A DNA stretch of 14,453 nucleotides from Octopus sinensis (Eukaryota), in NCBI RefSeq assembly GCF_006345805.1, contig NW_021825799.1, positions 1 to 14,453 on the forward strand, in the 5' to 3' direction. Of this stretch, positions 8,313 to 14,453 are shown one piece after another. The position numbers were made by a program, and so were the translations under genes. The notes under the pieces were generated by a model. The model was not told where the DNA came from, made no database searches, and saw only the letters and a program-made list of their open reading frames with translations. How positions within the stretch are numbered: position 1 is the stretch's first letter; each line of letters starts with the position of its first letter.

Positions 8313-8725
8313 TCATTTCTTTACTCTTTTCTTTCCTTTTTTTTTTTTACTTGCTTCAGTCATTTGAGTGCAGCCATGCTGGAGCACCAACTTTCGTTAA
8401 AAAAAATCGTCCCCAAGACTTATTTTTTGTAAGCCTAGTACTTATTCTATCGGTCTCTAGTGCCGAACCGCTAATTTACAGGGACGTAAACACACCAGTA
8501 TCGGTTGTCTAGCAACGTTGGGGGACAAACACAGACACACAAACATAAACACACGCATACGTACATATACATATACATATATACGACGGGCTTCTTTCAG
8601 TTTCCGTCAACCTAATCCACTCACAAGTCTTTGGTCGGCCCGAGGCTATAGTAGAAGACACTTGCCCAAGGTGCCACACAGTGGTACTGAAACCGGAACC
8701 ATGTGGTTAGTAAGCAAGCTACTTA
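8313..8725 (-). mobile_element. SINE family A, lacking the first ~20 nt (A box)
   Basis: Reverse complement is collinear with 4093-4454 from TAAGTAGCTTG to the A-rich tail. It carries a ~27-nt segment absent from the 4073 copy. Confidence 0.92.
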
Positions 8726-8827
8726 AGAAAGAGACACTCAAGATTGTATACTAATACAAGAAAGGTGGTGTCTAAATGCGTTGATCTTATATATGAGTGT
8801 GGAAGTATGTGCCTTAAAGGCATTGTT

Positions 8828-8870
8828 ATGTATATATACAGATATGTACATACACACATAGAAGCATATA

Positions 8871-8927
<57 letters not shown>

Positions 8928-8957
8928 GAGAGGAGAGAGAGAGAGAAAGAAAGAGAG
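8828..8957. repeat. (TA)n followed by (GA)n microsatellite
   Basis: Seen directly. Confidence 0.93.
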
Positions 8958-9009
8958 AATTACTTGCATAGCGAGTGACTTGATCTGGGATCGTGCTGGG
9001 AACAAAAAG

Positions 9010-9160
9010 AATTGCAGCGTGGAAGGTGTTTATAAGCCATTTAAGAAACACACAAAACCGTTAGATTCACTTCACATTAAATTTAATTTTAAATGTGAAG
9101 TGAATCTAACGGTTTTGTGTGTTTCTTAAATGGCTTCTAGACACCTTGCACGCTACAATT
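9010..9160. repeat. Fold-back inverted repeat, 69-bp arms, 13-nt AT spacer
   Basis: Arms 9010-9078 and 9092-9160; 4 mismatches, all in the outer 24 bp; inner 45 bp perfect. Confidence 0.95.
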
Positions 9161-9166
9161 GTTACA

Positions 9167-9175
9167 ATATATATA

Positions 9176-9224
<49 letters not shown>
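9167..9224. repeat. (TA)n microsatellite
   Basis: Seen directly. Confidence 0.95.
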
Positions 9225-9229
<5 letters not shown>

Positions 9230-9285
9230 CACGCACAGACATATGTGTATAACATGTGTGTGTGTGCGTGTGTATGTTTCTGTGT

Positions 9286-9466
9286 TGAGTAAACGGAGGC
9301 AGACAGAATTCTGGATAAGTCTATATTAGCGCTCTCGTTCGTTAAACGAACACTTCAAGCAAAATTAAGACCAAATTTAAAAGTAAAATTTATATTTTGT
9401 CTTGAAGTGTTCGTTTAAAGCGCTAATAGAGGATCAGCAAGAATTCTGACTGCCTCCGTTTTCTCA
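9286..9466. mobile_element. MITE-like element, 181 bp, with nested inverted repeats
   Basis: 27-bp TIRs (9286-9312 / 9440-9466, 2 mismatches), inner 10-bp IR (9324-9333 / 9419-9428), perfect 18-bp IR (9342-9359 / 9401-9418), AT-rich core, no ORF. TSD not identifiable. Confidence 0.75.
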
Positions 9467-9494
9467 TATATTATCTGTACACCATCTCAAACAC

Positions 9495-9555
9495 TCTATA
9501 CACACATCCATCCACACATCCACACACATGCCACCATCGTACACTTACACTCACA

Positions 9556-9612
<57 letters not shown>

Positions 9613-9803
9613 TACATAGATTGATAGATAGATAAATAAAAAATAGATAGATAGGTAGATAGATAGATATAGATAAATAGATAAGTAGATTGATGGATTG
9701 ATAGATTGATAGATAGGTATGCATGTAGATTGATAGATAGATTGATCGATGAATAAATAGATAGACTGATAGATAAATAAATAGATAAATAAATAGATAG
9801 ATA
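9495..9803. repeat. (CA)/(CATC) then (TA)n then (GATA)n compound microsatellite
   Basis: Seen directly. Confidence 0.95.
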
Positions 9804-10505
9804 CAGTGGCACATAGTGCGAATTATTTCCGACTTATGTCACGTTGTCGAGAATCTTCAAAGTGAACGCATCTCTCACACAAAGGCAGCACACTTCCCAC
9901 ATTGACAACATCCGAGAATGTTGACCTAAGAATTATTCCTTCATTAATGCAACTAGATTTAGAATTTCTCCATATCAAACGCATCGAAACAAGTCTGTAC
10001 ATTGGACATGTCGAAGCATGTAACTTAATTGGCATTTACACTACTTGTAAAGTCATATGATATGGGATACGCGTGTAAACAAGATTTTTCTCCCTTTGTT
10101 TGCTCTTCAGTAGATTTATATGGGATTTTCTTTTCAATAGATTTCTTCATGGATTTCCATTGTAATATCTGAGCTTTAATTCACAGCGAAATTCTATTTC
10201 CATAATTTATGTTTATAGAAGATAACAGTCGATTTCACCCTTGCTGTAGCGCAAGCAATACATTCAACATGAAGTCAGACGATTTTTCAAAAGCTCTGCT
10301 TCCGTTATGGCGCCAACTTGTAATCTACGATAATTCTACAAGGCATAAACATTATGTATTTGGTCATTGTGACAAAATAACTGACAATAAGGAACGCGTG
10401 ACTGCGAATGCAACCGCAATATCCATACATTTACCACCATGCGAATTATTCACCACACTGCACAGGAGCACACACATCACAAGACCTAAAAGAAATTGGT
10501 AAGCC

Positions 10506-10735
10506 TGTGTATATATATACATACATACTTACATACATATATATATCTCTATATCCACGCACTTCGTATATATAGTGTATACATACTTATGTATATATTT
10601 ATAATTTATATGTATATAAATATATATATGTATATGTATGTATATATATATGTGTATATAATATCATTTATATGTATATAAATGTATATATTATATATGT
10701 ACATACAAATACTATGTATGTACGTATATATAGTG

Positions 10736-10767
<32 letters not shown>

Positions 10768-10810
10768 GTATATATATATAATTTATATATATATAAATGT
10801 ATATATATAA

Positions 10811-10854
<44 letters not shown>

Positions 10855-10870
10855 ATATATAATACATACA
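10506..10870. repeat. (TA)n / (TATG)n degenerate microsatellite
   Basis: Seen directly. Confidence 0.93.
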
Positions 10871-11042
10871 AATAGACATGTATAAAAGCATGTGTATTTA
10901 CGTATATAAATCATTGTGGTGCTGACATTTTATATCAAAGCAAATAAGACTGGTGTTAACAAAGTTCGATTCTCAATGATATGGTTTCCAGTTCGAATCT
11001 GCTGCGCCCCATCACATGCAAACCTTTTTTTGCTATTCTTAG

Positions 11043-11186
11043 CTTGTTCCACAAATCATCAGTCATTAAGATTTATTCACAAACTCCAGAAATGTTCACA
11101 ATACTTTACCTATAAATTAAAATGGTTGTTTCGGCATACTTTTGCTTGTTACTCGATATTTGATCCAACACCATGTGGCCTATTAC
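11043..11186 (+). CDS. Candidate 144-nt phase 1-1 exon (ACSTNHQSLRFIHKLQKCSQYFTYKLKWLFRHTFACYSIFDPTPCGLL), unidentified
   Basis: Acceptor CCTTTTTTTGCTATTCTTAG|, donor AC|GTAAGT, one open frame, phase-compatible with 13208. Confidence 0.3.
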
Positions 11187-11204
11187 GTAAGTTTTCAACA
11201 TTAA

Positions 11205-11227
11205 TGATAACGATGATGATGATGCTT

Positions 11228-11276
<49 letters not shown>

Positions 11277-11295
11277 ACCACTACTACTACTAATG
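11205..11295. repeat. (GAT)n(CTA)n microsatellite
   Basis: Seen directly. Confidence 0.95.
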
Positions 11296-11304
11296 ATTTC
11301 TCAA

Positions 11305-11473
11305 AGCGGCATTTTGTCCTTAACGTTTTGAGTTCAAATTCCACCAAGGTCGACTTTGCCTTACATTCTTTTTGGGGTGGATAAAATAAGTGTCACTTTA
11401 ATAGTGGAGTCGATGTAATACACATACCCCGCCCCACTTTGAAATCGCTACCCTTGTTCCAAAATTTAAAACC
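11305..11473 (+). mobile_element. SINE family B, 5'-truncated and diverged, with C-rich alternative tail
   Basis: GAGTTCAAATTCCACCAAGGTCGACTTTGCC...GTCGATGTAAT matches the 11579 copy; the sequence after ~11420 does not match that copy's tail. Confidence 0.8.
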
Positions 11474-11578
11474 ACCGGTATTGTAATCGTAATGGTGTTC
11501 ACTGGCAGTAAATAGGTATGCATTTGTATGTATGCGTTTATGTGAGTGTATGGTATATTTTTTATGGTATATTTTTTA

Positions 11579-11809
11579 CGGTGAGCTAGCAGAATCGTTA
11601 GGACGCTGGGCGAAATGCCGAGCGGTATTTCGTCTGCCGTTACGTTCTGAGTTCAAATTCCGCCGTGGTCGACTTTGCCTTTCATCCTTTTGGGGTCGAT
11701 AAATTAAGTACCAATTACGCACTGGGGGTCGATATAATCGACTTAATCCGTTTGTCTGTCCTTGTTTGTCTCATCTACGTTTAGCCCCTTGTGGGTAGTA
11801 AAGAAATAT
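11579..11809 (+). mobile_element. SINE family B, near full length
   Basis: A-box-like TAGCAGAATCG, B-box-like GAGTTCAAATTCC (11649-11661), tail ending AAAGAAATA, 12-bp TSD GTATATTTTTTA (11567-11578 / 11810-11821). Confidence 0.93.
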
Positions 11810-12359
11810 GTATATTTTTTATGGTTTGGTGGTATGCACGTTTATAGAAAAGCGGCAAAGTTTCGCGTCAATTTAGTTGCCATATTTAAAGTTAAATCAA
11901 GGCTGTGATTCCAGCAATTTATTATTTCTGATACTTTTAAGCCATATTGTTCATATGTCATTTCTATCGTTTATGTACCACATATTTGATATGCGGATCT
12001 GACAATAGGGACATAATAATGAGGTCACCATTTTGTTGATTAACCTCGGCTTTTGATTTCGTGGTTGTCGAAAAATAGTCATTATTTCCTCTGCACTAGG
12101 TGTACCCTCAGTGCATATTAGCATCCAAATATTACACACCTTAATTCTCTTTCACAGAAATCAGTGCGTCGATAAGAGCTGGAAGTTAATAAGAGCATTC
12201 GTTAATGGGCTGCAAAATGGTTTTGGTAGCAGGGACTTGCTTAGCCATTTAGGAATTGCAAAAGAGTCCTATAACCTTTTAATTAGAAGCGTTTCACAAG
12301 GCTAGTATAACATGAGAAGCGTTTCCCGAAAAAGATTTGGCCATTGATAACACATTGCC

Positions 12360-12418
12360 ACACAAACACACACACAGAGGCATTCACACACACACGTACA
12401 CAAACACACATACACCCA
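12360..12418. repeat. (CA)n degenerate microsatellite
   Basis: Seen directly. Confidence 0.9.
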
Positions 12419-13207
12419 TATTATTTCCGCTGCAAACATTAATAACGTCGATGTCTATAGAGTAATGAGATCACTATCAGAAGAACACAAGAAAAATATC
12501 TTTTGATGCTAACTTATCTCCGATCAAAGAAGATGAATGAACATATTTAATAGATGGCGTTCGATTTTAATATTTACTGTATTAGCAAATATGGAGAACC
12601 AGCCATCAAATGTTAAACTAAAGATTAAATAATTTGGTTCTTGTTTTGGAGTAAATTTTGGCAAATTATCAGTGAAACGTAATGGTCTGTGGTGTTTCTA
12701 AAATTATAGACAGCAAAACAATAAATCTCTTACAGATGCCCTTTAGCTGTAGATGGCATTAAGGTGGTCGCAGGGGTAGTTATGAAAGCGATGATATAAA
12801 CTTATGTGCCATAAACTGAAACCATTATTCGGGCTTATATCGCTAACAAGAGAGATCTCTCATCGTAATATCTAGCAGTTCGTTTTAGTGGTTAGTAATA
12901 TCTTTCATTGGTCAGTAGAATATCTAATTTCATTTCGGTTCAATATATTGGCATTTTATGTAAATAAAATCAAATATAGATTGCATCCCAAGTTGTAAGA
13001 AAAAGCAATAAATAAGTACCAATAACAACAGGTAATATTCTTCAAGTGACAACATTTCACTCAACACAATATGTATAGTGGGAGTTGTAGAAGTAGTAGC
13101 AGGAATAGTGTTGTTGCTAGTGGTGGTAGTAACGTATTGATTGTTATTGTAACATATTTATTTATTGGCAAAGAGAGGCTCATGTCCATGTTCTCTCATA
13201 ATCACAG

Positions 13208-13266
13208 AATGTATAGAACAAGTCATCAGTTCCGTGGATGTCTTGGACAGCGTTCTGTACCACAAG
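13208..13266 (+). CDS. Candidate 59-nt exon (x-CIEQVISSVDVLDSVLYHK, phase 1 to 0), unidentified
   Basis: Acceptor TTCTCTCATAATCACAG|, donor AAG|GTTTGT, amphipathic protein-like translation, phase-compatible on both sides. Confidence 0.4.
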
Positions 13267-13395
13267 GTTTGTATATAACTATTCCAACTATTTGACTATT
13301 GTAAATTTAACGTACGTCGTCCTTATCATTATATAAGTAGATAATGGATTTCAGACATTAACAAAATTGTTAGACATTATTTGAAATTATATAAA

Positions 13396-13531
13396 GGCGG
13401 GAAGCTGGCAGAATCGTTAACACGCCGGACAAAATGCTTAGCGGCATCTCGCCCGTCACTACGCTCTGAGTTCAAATTCTGCCGAGGTCGACTTTGCCTT
13501 TCAGCTATTCGGGGTCGATAAATTAAGTACC
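13396..13531 (+). mobile_element. SINE family B, 5' half, 3'-truncated at GTACC
   Basis: GGCGGGAAGCTGGCAGAATCG...GAGTTCAAATT...AATTAAGTACC collinear with the 11579 copy. Confidence 0.92.
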
Positions 13532-13760
13532 TATTTCTTAACTACCCACAAGGAGCTAAACACAGAGAGGACAAACAAGGAAAGACAAACGGATTAAGTC
13601 GATTACATCGACCCCAGTGCGTAACTGGTACTTAATTTATCGGCCCCGAAAAATGAAAGGCAAAGGTCGACCTCGGCGGAATTTGAACTAGAACGTAACG
13701 GCAGACGAAATGCCTCTAAACATTTCGCCGGCGTGCTAACGTTTCTGCCAGCTCGCCACC
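13532..13760 (-). mobile_element. SINE family B, full length, tail-to-tail with the preceding copy
   Basis: Reverse complement is collinear with the whole of 11579-11809. Confidence 0.93.
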
Positions 13761-13822
13761 TTGTTCATGTGTAGATATTGTTGTATATATAAGCCTGGAT
13801 GTATGTACATAATCATATACGT

Positions 13823-13914
13823 GATTACATCGACCCCAGTGCGTAACTGGTACTTAATTATCGACCCCGAAAGGATGAAAGGCAAAGTCGACCTCGGCGG
13901 AATTTTAACTCAGA
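13823..13914 (-). mobile_element. SINE family B, internal fragment
   Basis: GATTACATCGACCCCAGTGCGTAACTGGTAC...CTCGGCGGAATTTTAACTCAGA is near-identical to 13601-13691. Confidence 0.92.
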
Positions 13915-14098
13915 CCTAAGAGTAGCAAATGGGCCTATGGGAGCTGATAGCTGTTTCACAAGAGTACGGAGGTCAATACTCGTAGGATCTCGCATAATTA
14001 ATTAGATTCAGAGTAATAAAGATATTTTATGTTTTCTCTTTTATTTATTCATTTTGTTCTGTATAATGAGTGGGGGGGAGAATATTCATTAAATTTAG

Positions 14099-14171
14099 AT
14101 CGCATCCTATATTGAAGATGGAACTGCCCCCACAACATTCTGTCCTGAAGCCAATGCTTTCAAGAGAACAG
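14099..14171 (+). CDS. Candidate 73-nt exon (IASYIEDGTAPTTFCPEANAFKRT-G, phase 0 to 1), unidentified
   Basis: Acceptor TTAAATTTAG|, weak donor CAG|GTTGTA, in phase with the preceding candidate exon. A second frame (SHPILKMELPP...GFDPRM*) is also open, so the frame is uncertain. Confidence 0.35.
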
Positions 14172-14453
14172 GTTGTACTAGAACGAGATAAAATTCCTAA
14201 GTTTGCTCTTGTAGGATTTGATCCCAGGATGTAAAGATCCGTCCACAAAAAAAAAAAATCGCAGTGCACCAGCACTGCCGTACTTTTCACACTGCCTCAT
14301 AACAATACATACCAATGCTGCGACCAACACCACCATGACCTCCTCCAAACACCATCACGCCACCTCTTCCAATGGCACAACACCAGCCAGTTTGCAATAT
14401 TAAACGCTATCTCGTCTCCCAACTTATAAGCAGCACAACGACTACCACCACCG

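Noticed and set aside
9802-10035. TA-CAGTGG as a Tc1-like TIR start, and the 9823..10035 ORF as a transposase remnant
   Set aside because: No matching inverted end in the window and no transposase motif in any frame I translated.
10435-10485. Minus-strand 51-nt phase 1-1 exon candidate GLVMCVLLCSVVNNSHG (signal-peptide-like)
   Set aside because: Good acceptor but it overlaps the + strand 10466-10498 candidate in antisense and has no partner exons; unresolved without RNA data.
227-10875. Long ORFs in the track rich in IY, I, YLSI or CV repeats (e.g. 227..637, 1763..2326, 4881..5396, 7007..7597, 9471..9812)
   Set aside because: They are translations of (TA)n, (AAT)n, (CTAT)n and (TG)n microsatellites, which lack stops in some frames.
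12111-12305. ORF / exon after the acceptor at 12157 (NQCVDKSWKLIRAF...)
   Set aside because: Phase-incompatible with the 144-nt reading, no donor, no recognisable homology.
3546-12861. Short perfect palindromes ATTGAAATTTCAAT (3546-3559) and GAGAGATCTCTC (12850-12861)
   Set aside because: Low-complexity 12-14 bp palindromes are unremarkable in this base composition.
1485-13229. Other CUGANGA hits (1485 +, 2431 +, 10104 -, 11056 -, 13223 -)
   Set aside because: No correctly placed stem II-GAAA-stem III-NUH-stem I arrangement could be built.
14280-14453. Thr/His/Pro-rich open frames at the window end
   Set aside because: Degenerate ACC/CAC low-complexity sequence with no splice or start support.
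1-14453. CRISPR arrays, operons, rRNA or prokaryotic defence systems
   Set aside because: No repeat-spacer structure, no bacterial gene architecture; the window is eukaryotic repeat-rich DNA.

Overview
AT-rich eukaryotic genomic DNA, not prokaryotic. Roughly a third is simple repeats, interleaved with tRNA-derived SINEs. The SINE style and microsatellite density suggest an octopus-type coleoid cephalopod; this is recognition from memory, not a database search. Almost all long ORFs in the supplied track are microsatellite artefacts. Supported content: 3 copies of SINE family A, 7 copies or fragments of SINE family B, a probable C-terminal fragment of a restriction-like-endonuclease (RLE) non-LTR retrotransposon, a MITE-like element, two fold-back inverted repeats, and weak candidate exons of an unidentified + strand gene. 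The most interesting signal is a set of type I hammerhead ribozyme (HHR)-like folds in unrelated short repeats. One is near-canonical (4648-4697, +). One lies in a fold-back insertion flanked by a 13-bp direct repeat (3755-3968). One is on the - strand (7981-8060). One is decayed (136-222, -). They point to Penelope-like terminal repeats or retrozyme-like elements. Nothing here was computed or searched; all pairings were read by eye.
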